Shown: piece after piece, positions 28,409-38,917 of the stretch | Numbering within the stretch: position 1 is the stretch's first letter | How the letters are laid out: every line of letters begins with the position of its first letter | Assembly (NCBI GenBank): GCA_031962025.1 | Contig: JAVRKW010000003.1 | Length of the DNA stretch: 64,000 nucleotides | Source of the DNA: Pseudothermotoga sp. | GTDB lineage: Bacteria > Thermotogota > Thermotogae > Thermotogales > DSM-5069 | Strand: one strand, 5' to 3' | The notes under the pieces: generated by a model | The model's input: the letters and a program-made list of their open reading frames with translations, nothing else | Told to the model about the DNA's origin: nothing | Database searches by the model: none | Translations under genes and position numbers: made by a program

Positions 28409-29626
28409 GTGAAGATACTGGTCGTTAATTGTGGTAGCTCATCGGTGAAGTATCAATTTATCGACATGGAAGGTGAAAAAGTTCTCTGTAAGGGTCTTGC
28501 TGAAAGAGTCGGCATCGAAGGCAGCAGACTTGTTCATCGGGTCAACACAGACAAGCACGTGATAGAAAGACCCATGAAGGATCATGAACAGGCACTGAAG
28601 CTGATATTGGAAGTGTTGCTCGATCCAGAAATAGGAGTCATAAAGGATCTATCGGAAATTTCTGCTGTTGGTCACAGAGTTGTTCACGGTGCTGAGCGTT
28701 TTGCAAGCTCTGTTTTGATCGACGAAGAAGTTATGAAGGTGCTTGAAGAAAATGTCCACCTTGCGCCCCTTCACAACCCGCCAAATATCATGGGAATTCG
28801 AGCTGTTCAGAAACTCCTTCCAAATGTTCCAAATGTGGGAGTTTTTGATACGGCTTTTCATCAGTCTATGCCGAAAAAGGCTTTCCTGTACCCGATACCG
28901 TATGAGTTCTACGAGAAGCACAGAATCAGGAGATACGGTTTCCACGGCACCAGCCACAGATATGTTTCAAAAAGGGCAGCCGAAATACTTGGAAGGGATT
29001 ATTACGATTTCAAGGTGATAACATGCCATCTGGGTAATGGTGCTTCAATAGCAGCAGTAAGGCATGGCAGATCCATAGATACGTCAATGGGTTTCACTCC
29101 GCTGGAAGGCATTGTTATGGGTACAAGGTCTGGAGATATCGACCCTGCAATAGTCATCTATATGCAGCAAAATCTGGGAATATCCGTGGACAAGGTCTAT
29201 GATATTCTCAACAAAAAAAGCGGTGTACTTGGATTATCTCAATTGAGTTCTGATATGAGAGACATTGAAGATGCGGCTCTTGCAGGAAATGAGATGGCTC
29301 AACTTGCTCTTGATATATACGTCTACAGGATAGCAAAATACATAGGTGCATACACTGCGGCAATGAACGGTGTTGATGCAATAGTCTTCACAGCTGGTGT
29401 TGGAGAAAATTCACCATACGTCCGTGAAAAAGTCTGTGAGTACCTGGGATTTTTGGGAATCAAAATAGACAAAAATCTCAACCAGGTCAAAGGAGTAGAG
29501 AGAATTATCAGTACGCCAGATTCAAAAGTAGCCGTTTTAATAGTGCCAACCGATGAAGAAATGGTGATTGCCAGAGACACAAAGCAGATAGTTGAAAGTG
29601 GAATAAAAGAGCTCAGGCTCTTTTGA
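28409..29626 (+). CDS. ackA: Acetate kinase
   Basis: [41 protein letters not shown]. Confidence 0.97.
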   Translation: MKILVVNCGSSSVKYQFIDMEGEKVLCKGLAERVGIEGSRLVHRVNTDKHVIERPMKDHEQALKLILEVLLDPEIGVIKDLSEISAVGHRVVHGAERFASSVLIDEEVMKVLEENVHLAPLHNPPNIMGIRAVQKLLPNVPNVGVFDTAFHQSMPKKAFLYPIPYEFYEKHRIRRYGFHGTSHRYVSKRAAEILGRDYYDFKVITCHLGNGASIAAVRHGRSIDTSMGFTPLEGIVMGTRSGDIDPAIVIYMQQNLGISVDKVYDILNKKSGVLGLSQLSSDMRDIEDAALAGNEMAQLALDIYVYRIAKYIGAYTAAMNGVDAIVFTAGVGENSPYVREKVCEYLGFLGIKIDKNLNQVKGVERIISTPDSKVAVLIVPTDEEMVIARDTKQIVESGIKELRLF

Positions 29627-30299
29627 GAAATAATGGGGGCTCGATGACAAGTCCGATGCCCCCATTTTTCACACCTTTTATCAGCACGAATTGTGCATTA
29701 TTTCTTGAATTCCCATAGACCGGCATGATCTTTTTTGGCTGAAGTCTTTTCTTCACAAATTCTGTCAACCAGAAACTCAGGTGATTTGGTGGAAGGATGT
29801 ACACAAAAATCCCTCTGTTTTTGAGAAGATAAGCCGTCGCATTTATGAATTCAATCGCAGTTTGAAAATCAGCAGTTCTGGTGACTCTTCTAAGCAAATC
29901 TGGGCTTGGAACATTTGTCAGATGGTGTGGAGGATTTGCAACCACCATGTCAAAAGACTCTTTTTGAAAAAAATCTCGTACCTGTGAGCAAGCAATGTTA
30001 TAAACTGCCATATTTGTCAAATTGTTCATTTCAATTGTTTTCTGGGCGGCTCTGAAAAGAAATTCATCTTTCTCTATACCAATGGTACTGATTTTGTATG
30101 TCATGGCAAGATATGCACATACAGCCCCTGTGGCACAGCCCAGTTCCACCAGTTTCTTCTGTGACTTAGCCGGTCTGGCATACCATGCCAGCAATGTAGT
30201 TGCATGTGTTGGACGATATGACCTGCCTGTATCCGGCAGCTTAACGATCCTCAAAAGATCCTCGTCAAACTCACATACTGAGGATTTCTGATTTACCAA
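29613..30299 (-). CDS. SAM-dependent adenine-N6 methyltransferase, tRNA1(Val) A37 TrmN6/YabB-like
   Basis: VELGCATG motif [11 protein letters not shown] motif IV. Confidence 0.75.
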   Translation of the reverse strand: MVNQKSSVCEFDEDLLRIVKLPDTGRSYRPTHATTLLAWYARPAKSQKKLVELGCATGAVCAYLAMTYKISTIGIEKDEFLFRAAQKTIEMNNLTNMAVYNIACSQVRDFFQKESFDMVVANPPHHLTNVPSPDLLRRVTRTADFQTAIEFINATAYLLKNRGIFVYILPPNHLSFWLTEFVKKRLQPKKIMPVYGNSRNNAQFVLIKGVKNGGIGLVIEPPLFLKRA

Positions 30300-31845
30300 C
30301 CTTGACTACCTCTCCTAAGATTTTGGTTTTCACAAGTCTGACCCTTGAATCCTTGGCATAAATCGCCGTTGAAGAAGATAGATCATTTGCAAAGCTGTCA
30401 AAGACAGAATAACCAGACAGAGTGACGGCAATATCACCGTTCAGTTGAGTGCTTCTGAGCCTCAAAACCGAATAGTCCTGTATCTGTGCACATTTACTGC
30501 CAGAAATCCAGCTATCGATGAATTCAACAACAGAAAAATTGCTGATAAGGACGGTGGTATCGCTGGAATAAAGTGATGTGGAATAAAATCTTCCATTTGA
30601 AAAGCTTGACACATTAAGCTGGTTTATCTTCGAATCTGTTACCAGAAACCTGCCCACATTCCTGATGGTTAATTTACTCACTTCACACAGGTTAATCCAG
30701 ATCTTCTCAGAATTTGTCAGTTCGAGTTCTTTTGCCCTCACGTTTTTGAATGAAATGGCAGCCGCTCGAACCACCGAAAGGTTCACCTTTGAAAGATCAA
30801 GATCTGAAAGCCAGACGATGCAGGAACCTGAGATAGATAGACTGGTTTCAAGTTTTGCACCGATTGCTGCAAATCTTCCATCGTCGGCTATGGTTAATCT
30901 GCCCTGTCCTGTGATCTTCGTTCCCGCTTCGGCTATGAGAGTACCTTTCACTATTACTTCACAACCCTGTGGGATTTTCAACACGGCATTTTGTTTCAGA
31001 ACGACCGTTTCAGATGAAGGTATGACCAGTTTGCCGAAAACGGTATATTCCGCCGACGCCATTAGACCACTTTTCAGTGTGATCAAATTCCCGTTGACGA
31101 TTTTTTCAAGCGCTCCAGGTGAATAGTTCAGAACAGGAAAACTCTCATTTCCCGCACCATCGACATCGCAGACAAAGTAAAAATCTTTTTTAAACACTTC
31201 TTGTTTGAAATCGCTCTGTAACAGTTGGCTGTTTTCGATGTAGTAAGCACGGTGAGTCCTTTGTGAAATGATCTTGCCAAGGCTGATCGAAGGAGGAGCT
31301 GGGATCTGTGGTACGACCGTGAATCTGTAAGTTCTGTCGACGACATTTGAAGCACTGTCACGACAAACTACCCGGAGCTTGTGCTCTCCGGAATGAAGTA
31401 AAAAAGTATCGACGACGATGGAATTGTTTTTGAATCCATCAAAGAGTTTGCCGTCTATGTAGGTTCTTATCGTCAATCTGTCCACTTGATCCCAGTCGTC
31501 TGATATATAGACTGGGAGCTCGATCTTGCAAGCTGGAAGATAGGTTGGAACATTCAGAGTCATCTTGGGTGCGATATCCTTACTTGCGTTTATCTTAAGT
31601 GTTATCGGTTCTTTTTCCTGTCCATTGATCGTGGGTATGATCTTTAAAATCGCATCTGAATTTTTCTGCCACGGTATTTTGATGTCTTTTGGGTCGACGC
31701 TGAAGCTGATCTGGTCAATGATAACCTTTGCAGAATCGTATTCTTCCAGACCTTTTATTATGAGATTGGCATTCTCAAAGTGGTAACTTACCGCTCCAAA
31801 TAACAGAGAATGAATCAATAAAAGAACAAGGACCAGCCTATTCAC
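30271..31845 (-). CDS. Secreted hypothetical protein, Ig-like domains plus beta-helix-like C-terminus
   Basis: Signal peptide; 'SGEHKLRVVCRDSASN' Ig-like strand; short repetitive beta-strands in the C-terminal half. Confidence 0.7.
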   Translation of the reverse strand: MNRLVLVLLLIHSLLFGAVSYHFENANLIIKGLEEYDSAKVIIDQISFSVDPKDIKIPWQKNSDAILKIIPTINGQEKEPITLKINASKDIAPKMTLNVPTYLPACKIELPVYISDDWDQVDRLTIRTYIDGKLFDGFKNNSIVVDTFLLHSGEHKLRVVCRDSASNVVDRTYRFTVVPQIPAPPSISLGKIISQRTHRAYYIENSQLLQSDFKQEVFKKDFYFVCDVDGAGNESFPVLNYSPGALEKIVNGNLITLKSGLMASAEYTVFGKLVIPSSETVVLKQNAVLKIPQGCEVIVKGTLIAEAGTKITGQGRLTIADDGRFAAIGAKLETSLSISGSCIVWLSDLDLSKVNLSVVRAAAISFKNVRAKELELTNSEKIWINLCEVSKLTIRNVGRFLVTDSKINQLNVSSFSNGRFYSTSLYSSDTTVLISNFSVVEFIDSWISGSKCAQIQDYSVLRLRSTQLNGDIAVTLSGYSVFDSFANDLSSSTAIYAKDSRVRLVKTKILGEVVKVGKSEILSM

Positions 31846-33568
31846 ACTCGAGCTCCTCCTCGATCATCTGCTTTTTGAACATTCTGGCGTACATCCCGTC
31901 GATTTCCATCAATTGCTCGTGATTGCCCTTTTCGACTATTTCACCTTCATTCAGAACAATGATGATGTCGGCATCTTTGAGTACTTTGAGCCTGTGGGTG
32001 ATCACGATCATCGTCTTTTCCCTGTAGTTTTTCCTGAGCGCGCTGATGATCTTTTCCTCTGTTTCTGGATCCACTGCCGACAGACAGTCGTCGAATATCA
32101 AAAGATCTCTTTCGGTGTAAAGTGCCCTTGCTATTGTTACGCGCTGTTTCTGCCCGCCGGAGAGCGTCACGCCTCTTTCTCCGACGACTGTTTCATAACC
32201 ATGGGAGAACTTTTCTATCTCATCGTGAACAGACGCGAGTTTTGCGTACTGCACCACCTTTTCACGGTGAATTTCTTCCTGTGCAAAGGCAATGTTTTTT
32301 TGAATCTGATCGGAGAAAAGGAAGGACTCCTGCGGTACAAAGGCTATGAGCTCTCTTACATTTTTCGATGAGATGTCGTTTATATCAACGCCGTTGATGA
32401 ATATCCTTCCCCTCTCAACAGGGTATAACTTGGTGAGCAACTTCACCAGTGTGGATTTTCCGCTTCCAACAGTACCCACTATGCCAACCATGTCGCCCTT
32501 TTTGAAAGAAAAATTCACATTTTTGAGAACCTCTCTATTTGTATTCGGATAACAATACGTCAGGTTTTTGAACTCAACATGTTCGATTTTTTCTATTTTC
32601 ACCGGGTTTTCTGGCTCCTGTACCTGGGGCTTTTCATTCACTATTTGCATTAATCTTTGATAAGACGCCCTGCCGCGTTGAATCATGTTCAAAACCCAGC
32701 CAAGAGCCATCATGGGCCAGGTGAGCATGCCAAGGTAGGAATTGAAAGCGACAAACTCCCCGAGCGTAACAGTACCATTTATAACCATCTTCCCGCCAAA
32801 ACTCAGTGCGAGTATCTGCGATGAAGCGGCAAAAAAGGTCATCAACGGGAAAAACAGAGAAGAAACTCTTGCCAGAGACATTCCCGCCTGATAGTTCTTC
32901 CAAGATCTCTGGTTGAACAGTTGGTGTATTCTGTCGTTGGCAGAAAAGGATTTAACAATTCTCACACCGGAAATGGTTTCTTCGGTGAGTTCGCTCAAGG
33001 AAGAATATTCTCTTTGAACATCCATGAACCTTTTGTGAATCATCCTGCCAAAAAACAGAGCAATGAAGGCAAGCCCCGGCAATGGAATACAGCTGAGCCA
33101 TGTCAGGCGCCAGCTAACAGTTGAGCCCATGAAAAACACAGTCATAACTGCCATGAAAGTGGCATCAACCGACATCACAACCCCCTGTGCCAGCGCCATT
33201 CTGACAGCCTGTAAATCGTTGGTGAGTTTTGCCATCAAATCTCCACTTCGATTCTGGTCAAAATAGCCGGGTGTGAGAGACATGAGCTTTTCAAACAGAA
33301 AATTTCTTGAAACGTACTCAAACCTTCTTGAAGCACCTATGATGAAATATCTCCAGAAAAACCTCAAAATAGCCATTCCAATGGCTATTCCCATTATCCA
33401 GCTTATCATCAGCCATATATATCTTTGATCTGGCTTGGGTAATTTCAAATGGTCCACGACCTGACCTACCAGTTTTGGAATGAAAAGCTGTGAAAGATCA
33501 ACCAGTACGAGTACAGAAATACCAAGCACATATCTATACCAGTGCTTTTTCAGGAACTCTTTGATCAC
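31838..33568 (-). CDS. ABC exporter, fused TMD-ATPase (MdlA-like)
   Basis: GTVGSGKST, LSGGQKQR, DDCLSAVD. Confidence 0.93.
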   Translation of the reverse strand: MIKEFLKKHWYRYVLGISVLVLVDLSQLFIPKLVGQVVDHLKLPKPDQRYIWLMISWIMGIAIGMAILRFFWRYFIIGASRRFEYVSRNFLFEKLMSLTPGYFDQNRSGDLMAKLTNDLQAVRMALAQGVVMSVDATFMAVMTVFFMGSTVSWRLTWLSCIPLPGLAFIALFFGRMIHKRFMDVQREYSSLSELTEETISGVRIVKSFSANDRIHQLFNQRSWKNYQAGMSLARVSSLFFPLMTFFAASSQILALSFGGKMVINGTVTLGEFVAFNSYLGMLTWPMMALGWVLNMIQRGRASYQRLMQIVNEKPQVQEPENPVKIEKIEHVEFKNLTYCYPNTNREVLKNVNFSFKKGDMVGIVGTVGSGKSTLVKLLTKLYPVERGRIFINGVDINDISSKNVRELIAFVPQESFLFSDQIQKNIAFAQEEIHREKVVQYAKLASVHDEIEKFSHGYETVVGERGVTLSGGQKQRVTIARALYTERDLLIFDDCLSAVDPETEEKIISALRKNYREKTMIVITHRLKVLKDADIIIVLNEGEIVEKGNHEQLMEIDGMYARMFKKQMIEEELECE

Positions 33569-33582
33569 TCACTTCACTTCCT

Positions 33583-34722
33583 TTACCTTCTTATGAATTT
33601 TTTTATCCTGTTTATACCTTCTTTGAGCAAATCTTCAGAAGTTGCGAAAGACAGTCTGACAAAACCCTGTGCATTGAAAGCCGAACCGGGTACGAGTGCA
33701 ACGTGTTGATCGTTCAGCAATTTCATACAAAATTGCACATCGTCCTTTTCAAATTCACTGACATCTATCAGTACGTAGAAGGCACCTTTTGGTTTGAAAT
33801 AATTCAGTCCAAGTTCAGATAACATGGAACAGACAAGATCTCTTCTTTCTTTGAACCTCTTTTTCATATAGGTTGTATCGACCTGAAAGGCTTTCAGTGC
33901 GGCATACTGAGTTATGCTGTTTATATTAGATGTTAAATGTCCCTGAACTTTGGCGGCCGCTTTGGCTATCTCATCTGGTGCAACCAGATATCCTATTCTC
34001 CAACCTGTCATCGAATGAGACTTGGAAAAGGCATTCACAAGGACTGTCCTATCACCTTTGGATATACTGTATAAAGAAATGTGTTCTGTATCATACACCA
34101 AAGGCTCGTAAACTTCATCACTTATGATCAAAAGATCGTATTTACTGGCTATTTCGTATATTCCATAAAGAGTTTTTTCATCGTAAACTGCTCCAGTCGG
34201 GTTGTTTGGACTGTTGACAATTATGGCTTTTGTCGATTTACTGATGGCTTTTTCTATTTCGCTCAGCCTGGGGACAAAACCTTCATGAAAATCGGTCTTT
34301 ACATGAACTGCTTTTCCACCAAGCAGCATGACCATCGGCTCATAACTGACCCAGCACGGATCGATGATGATCACTTCATCGGATTGGTTCACCACAGTTG
34401 CAAGTGCGTTGAAAATAGCCTGTTTTCCACCGTTGCTCACAACAACCTGTTTTGCAGTACACGGTACGTTGAATCTCTCTTGGATGTGCTTTGCTATCAT
34501 TTCCCTAAGTTCAGGGATTCCAGAAGAATCTGTGTATTTTGTGAATCCCATCCTCAATGCCTGTATGGCAGCATCGATTATGGGATCTGGTGTTGGAAAA
34601 TCTGGTTCACCCGCAGTCAGGTTCACTACATCGATGCCTTTTCTTTTGAGCTCCTGCGCAAGTGCATTCACTTCGAGAGTTTTTGAAGCAGGTATACAGG
34701 ATACATTTGTTGCTATACGCAT
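33583..34722 (-). CDS. aspC: Class I PLP aminotransferase (aspartate aminotransferase-like)
   Basis: AGEPDF, NSPNNPTG, SDEVY, FSKSHSMTGWRIG. Confidence 0.9.
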   Translation of the reverse strand: MRIATNVSCIPASKTLEVNALAQELKRKGIDVVNLTAGEPDFPTPDPIIDAAIQALRMGFTKYTDSSGIPELREMIAKHIQERFNVPCTAKQVVVSNGGKQAIFNALATVVNQSDEVIIIDPCWVSYEPMVMLLGGKAVHVKTDFHEGFVPRLSEIEKAISKSTKAIIVNSPNNPTGAVYDEKTLYGIYEIASKYDLLIISDEVYEPLVYDTEHISLYSISKGDRTVLVNAFSKSHSMTGWRIGYLVAPDEIAKAAAKVQGHLTSNINSITQYAALKAFQVDTTYMKKRFKERRDLVCSMLSELGLNYFKPKGAFYVLIDVSEFEKDDVQFCMKLLNDQHVALVPGSAFNAQGFVRLSFATSEDLLKEGINRIKKFIRR

Positions 34723-34786
34723 GGATAAAACCTCCCATCTTTGTTCTTGTGACAAATGATATTATATACTACAGAGGTGGATTATC

Positions 34787-35497
34787 TTGCCATCTTTTGA
34801 GCAGTTGATAGAAAATGCAAATCAATATCTGTGGCTTTTACTGGCAAGCTGGTATGTTATCATACCGATCTGTGTTTTTTTGATCTTTGCCGCAAAGTAT
34901 GTGGAAAAAATCTCCGTGAGCCTGTTTGGTTTTCTTCTGGGTGGATTTGTCGTCTATCCCATGCTCTGTGACAGATTCGAGAAGTTCCGTGAATGGGTAA
35001 CTGGATCGGAAATGACCCAGTATCTTGCTTTTTTTGTCATCGGGATACTGTGTGCTATAGCTCTGTATGTTTTATTCAAGGTCTTTGTATTCCTGGTCGG
35101 TTTTTTTGCCGCTGCAGGAGTGGTTTATTATCTTGTGGATTTTCTGATCAAGAGATTTGACATACTGCCAAAAACGAATGAATTTATTCAGAACAACTGG
35201 TTTGTGATACTGCTCGGCATCTGTGCTCTTGCAGGGATTATAAGCGGTTTTTTTGCCGTCAAAAAGAGTTCTTCAGTTATCGCAGTACTCAGTCTTCTGG
35301 CTGCCTCTGTGATTCTTTCAATTGAAATGATTGGATGGATTTACTTTTTATTTTCAAAAGACCAGCAAAAAACCAGCGAACTTTTTTCTACCACAGCCGG
35401 GCTTGTTGTACTGTTCATGCTCTCACTGGTCATATTCATCTGTGGAATTTATCTGAACTTCTCAAGAAAAAAGCGCCAGAAGGTCCAGACTGATTAA
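34787..35497 (+). CDS. Multi-pass membrane protein
   Basis: About 7 hydrophobic segments; SD GAGGTGG before TTG. Confidence 0.75.
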   Translation: MPSFEQLIENANQYLWLLLASWYVIIPICVFLIFAAKYVEKISVSLFGFLLGGFVVYPMLCDRFEKFREWVTGSEMTQYLAFFVIGILCAIALYVLFKVFVFLVGFFAAAGVVYYLVDFLIKRFDILPKTNEFIQNNWFVILLGICALAGIISGFFAVKKSSSVIAVLSLLAASVILSIEMIGWIYFLFSKDQQKTSELFSTTAGLVVLFMLSLVIFICGIYLNFSRKKRQKVQTD

Positions 35498-35499
35498 TT

Positions 35500-36162
35500 T
35501 TATTTGACAAGCAACACTCTGAACACACCTTCATCTAAAAGTCGCTGAGCCAACTGCTCATCTTGCACGACATAAACCCTGTACGGATCTATATTCTTGG
35601 GCAGTTCATCGATTTTCGTTGAGTTTGGATCGTTATTCAATACATACTCAGCCTGCTCTTTGTTCACCGTTACGATCTTTTTCTCTCCTTGAAAATCGTC
35701 TTTTCTCTTCACATACTGCTGAAAATCTTCGGTCAGCTCCTGATAAACATACCTGAGCACCTGAGCAAAGGTCTGTGCCGGAGCATATCCGGGCAGATAA
35801 ACCATGGGTGTTGCCTGACTTGTGAAAAACCACGTGATGGGTACGCTGTTTATTTGAAAAGCAGCAAAAAGTTCAGAATAGCTCATCGATTTACCGAAAG
35901 CTGTGGTTTTTTTGTTGTAATCGAACATGGCTTCGGCAAAGATGTAATTTGCGAGTATTAATTTTTTCACAGATGGATCTGTCAGTGTTTCACTCTTCAA
36001 CTTTGCACAGTAAGGGCATGTCTGTGTGGTAAACACTATTGCAAGCTTTTTGTTTTCTATTTTTGCCAAATTCACTGCCACATCCAGATCTTTGAAAAGA
36101 ATCGATTCTGCCATGATCAAGGTTGAAAGGATCAGACCAAAAAGTACCAGACTTTTTTTCAT
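35500..36162 (-). CDS. Exported thioredoxin-fold protein (SoxW-like)
   Basis: Signal peptide MKKSLVLF, CPYC, cis-Pro loop SVP, LPGY. Confidence 0.82.
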   Translation of the reverse strand: MKKSLVLFGLILSTLIMAESILFKDLDVAVNLAKIENKKLAIVFTTQTCPYCAKLKSETLTDPSVKKLILANYIFAEAMFDYNKKTTAFGKSMSYSELFAAFQINSVPITWFFTSQATPMVYLPGYAPAQTFAQVLRYVYQELTEDFQQYVKRKDDFQGEKKIVTVNKEQAEYVLNNDPNSTKIDELPKNIDPYRVYVVQDEQLAQRLLDEGVFRVLLVK

Positions 36163-36176
36163 ACCATCACCTCTTT

Positions 36177-36827
36177 CTATACGAAAATTTTTCCTGCCAA
36201 TACCAGTATTCCAACTATAAAGAGCAATGCCACAGAAGTGTACCTGAGAATTTTTTCGAAAGCGGGTTTTTTGAAGCTGACTTTTGTGAAAATCCTTGAG
36301 GCTATCTGCCCTATAGACAAAAACGGTATGGATATCCCTGAAGAATACACAAAGAGCATCATGGCACCTTTCAGCACACTTCCTTTTGTGGAAGCAATCG
36401 CCAGTATCGCCGCAAGCACTGGACTTGTGCATGGAATCCAGACAAGACCTATTCCAGCTCCTATGATGATGCCGGAAAAAAGATTGCCCGATTTGAAGCG
36501 ATAGAAGTTGAAGGATCTGACTTTGAAGATCTGAATCTCAAGCAAAAAAAGGACTGCCATCAGCAAAATCAGAGAACCAGCCACATAACGCATCACCAAT
36601 CGATTCACCAGAACACCGATTGAACCTGACAATGCACCGAGTGCAGAAAAAGTTGCCGAAAAACCGATGAAAAAACCTGCAATCCTCAAAAAAGATCTGA
36701 TCCCTTTTTCAGAGATCAAAAGAGCCATAAATGATGGAACCAAAGGTATCACACACGGACTGAAAAAAGATATAATGCCGTACAAAAAAGCCGTGAGAAT
36801 GTCAACCTGAGTCAGAGAAATCGCCAT
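36177..36827 (-). CDS. ccdA: CcdA/DsbD-family transmembrane electron transporter
   Basis: SFFSPCVIPLVP and WIPCTSPVLAAIL. Confidence 0.9.
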   Translation of the reverse strand: MAISLTQVDILTAFLYGIISFFSPCVIPLVPSFMALLISEKGIRSFLRIAGFFIGFSATFSALGALSGSIGVLVNRLVMRYVAGSLILLMAVLFLLEIQIFKVRSFNFYRFKSGNLFSGIIIGAGIGLVWIPCTSPVLAAILAIASTKGSVLKGAMMLFVYSSGISIPFLSIGQIASRIFTKVSFKKPAFEKILRYTSVALLFIVGILVLAGKIFV

Positions 36828-36966
36828 AAAAAACCTCCAAATTCAGACTGTATTTGTCTACATTATACCACATCTGTTTCTTTAAACAATCTGGCATTTT
36901 TGATTGTCTAAAAAATAGTTGCTGTGGTAATATAGTACAAGAAAACACAGGATGGAGGTGGAATTC

Positions 36967-38172
36967 ATGAAAAAGATTCTTCTGGTGGTTGTGTTAACTG
37001 TTTGTGCCTTTGTTTATGCACAGAGTTTTTCAGATGTTCCAGTGAATCACTGGGCATATGAAGCTGTAACAACACTTTCCAAGCTGGGGATAATATCGGG
37101 AATGCCAGACGGTACCTTTCAGGGTAACAATCCAATGACACGGTATCAGGTTGCAGTTTCATTGAAGAAGTTTTTGGATTACCTCACACAGCAAATCGAC
37201 AAAGCCATGTCCGCAGGCGATCTGCAGAACATGGTTAAAAGACTCTCTACAGTGGAAGACATGCTCAGCACGGCTTTGACAAAAGTTCAAAAGAACGGTG
37301 AACAAATTGACGCAACCGATCAAACTTTACAAACAGTGCTTGCCGAGATCTCCAATTTGAAATCAACGATTGTGGACATCGCTCAGGTCAAAAAAGATAT
37401 GCCAACGATGATCGCCGCATCTGAAAACAAAATGATGACCATGTACAACCAGCTTTCCGCAAAGGTTTCAGCCGTTGAAAAAAGCGTATCTGATCTTCAA
37501 GCTCAAATCTCTTCGCAGGTTCTCGCACAGCTGAAAGGTAACATAGATGCAGTCAACGCAAATCTTTCTTCTGTTTCGAGCAAGGTCGATTCACTATCCA
37601 CGAGAATCGACACAGTCGCAAAATCAGTTGATCAAATCAAGACAGACACCGCTGCACTGAGCAAGAGGATCGATGCAGTTGAAAGCAACATACAAACACT
37701 TCTCACACTGAAAAAGAGCTTCACAGATATCGAGTCAAGAGTTGCCGCGCTCGAATCAAAACTCGCCAGTGATGTTGATTCTTTGAAAAAGGCACTCACC
37801 ACTACTTCCAATCAGCTGGACGCAAGGCTTTCACTGGTTGAAGGTCAGGTCGCATCCCTTGCAACAGATGTTGAAAAACTCAAGAAAGATGTGGCAGATG
37901 CAGCGCAGGCTGCGAAGAAAGTATCAGTTCTGGAAGGCAATGTTGGTACACTCGCAGGACAGGTGGTCTCTCTGAACCAGAAAGTGTCCCAGAACGAACA
38001 GGATATAGCATCGGTTAAAAAGACGGTGGACGGTAAACCGTGGAAAACCGATGTGGAAGCCGCCACAGTTCAATTCTCAAAGAAAATCGATGAGGTTTAC
38101 AACATGGCTCTCATAGGTGTCATCATCGGTGCGGCAGGTGCGGTGCTCGGATTGCTTGGGATGCTCTTCTAA
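36967..38172 (+). CDS. ompA1: Omp-alpha type toga anchor: SLH domain, long coiled coil, C-terminal hydrophobic anchor
   Basis: FSDVPVNHWAYEAV...GMPDGTFQGNNPMTRYQVA, about 300 aa of heptad coiled coil, terminal hydrophobic helix. Confidence 0.85.
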   Translation: MKKILLVVVLTVCAFVYAQSFSDVPVNHWAYEAVTTLSKLGIISGMPDGTFQGNNPMTRYQVAVSLKKFLDYLTQQIDKAMSAGDLQNMVKRLSTVEDMLSTALTKVQKNGEQIDATDQTLQTVLAEISNLKSTIVDIAQVKKDMPTMIAASENKMMTMYNQLSAKVSAVEKSVSDLQAQISSQVLAQLKGNIDAVNANLSSVSSKVDSLSTRIDTVAKSVDQIKTDTAALSKRIDAVESNIQTLLTLKKSFTDIESRVAALESKLASDVDSLKKALTTTSNQLDARLSLVEGQVASLATDVEKLKKDVADAAQAAKKVSVLEGNVGTLAGQVVSLNQKVSQNEQDIASVKKTVDGKPWKTDVEAATVQFSKKIDEVYNMALIGVIIGAAGAVLGLLGMLF

Positions 38173-38192
38173 AAGAAAAATTGGTCTGTTTT

Positions 38193-38224
38193 AATAAAGG
38201 ACCCCTGGTGGGGTCCTTATTTTT
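38193..38224 (+). terminator. Rho-independent terminator
   Basis: AAGGACCCC-TGGT-GGGGTCCTT followed by ATTTTT. Confidence 0.75.
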
Positions 38225-38253
38225 GTAGTAGGATATCCACAGGGGGTGTTTTT

Positions 38254-38895
38254 GTGTTTGTCAAAGATGTTATGACCACAGAAGTGATAACTGTTTCTCC
38301 GGAAGCGTCCTTTTCTGAAGCTATGGATATAATAAGAAAAAAAGGAATAAGAAGACTGCCTGTGGTGAAAAACGAGAAAGTCGTTGGAATCATAACGGAA
38401 AAGGATTTACTTTCCGCATCGCCTTCTCAGGCAACTACTCTTGATGTCTGGGAGCTGACAAGCCTTTTGAGCAAGCTCAAGGTGAAACAGATCATGCGAA
38501 AAGACGTTGCCCATGTTCATCCAAATACACCCATAGAGGACGCGGCAAGGATCATGTCGGACAAAAAAATAGGCTCACTTGTGGTACTTGAACAGGAAAA
38601 ACTGGTCGGCATAATCACCGAGTCGGATATCTTCAAAGTATTCATAAACATGCTCGGAGCAAGAGAAACAGGTACAAGGTATGTTTTTCGCGTGCAGAAT
38701 GTCCCGGGTATTTTGTCAAAGATACTTTATCTGATGTACCAGTGCGGGGGAGATCTCATCTCTGTAACCACTTATGAAAAATCCGAGCAGGAATACAACG
38801 TGGTCGTCAAAGTCAGAAATCTCAAAAGACAGGATTTTGAAAGAAAGTTTCTCGAAGGAATTCCTTCGGCTTCTATAATCGATGTGAAAGAATAA
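38254..38895 (+). CDS. CBS-pair + ACT domain protein (AcuB-like)
   Basis: VKDVMTTEVITV, IRRLPVV, LVGIITESD, ACT motif NVPGILSKI. Confidence 0.88.
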   Translation: MFVKDVMTTEVITVSPEASFSEAMDIIRKKGIRRLPVVKNEKVVGIITEKDLLSASPSQATTLDVWELTSLLSKLKVKQIMRKDVAHVHPNTPIEDAARIMSDKKIGSLVVLEQEKLVGIITESDIFKVFINMLGARETGTRYVFRVQNVPGILSKILYLMYQCGGDLISVTTYEKSEQEYNVVVKVRNLKRQDFERKFLEGIPSASIIDVKE

Positions 38896-38914
38896 AGGGG
38901 GCTGTCGCCCCCTT
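38895..38914. terminator. Hairpin between convergent genes
   Basis: AAGGGGGC-TGTC-GCCCCCTT. Confidence 0.65.
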
Positions 38915-38917
38915 GGA

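Noticed and set aside
29613..30299. DNA methyltransferase of a restriction-modification system
   Set aside because: Short, no target-recognition domain or nuclease neighbour; fits a tRNA adenine-N6 methyltransferase-like family.
36163..36432. Long N-terminal extension of the thioredoxin ORF (similar extensions on apgM, the TPR protein, glgD, rbgA)
   Set aside because: They overlap neighbouring genes or promoters; internal SD-supported starts give normal N-termini.
37200..38100. Phage tail fibre or tape-measure interpretation of the coiled coil
   Set aside because: Signal peptide, SLH domain and C-terminal anchor match Omp-alpha, and there is no phage context.
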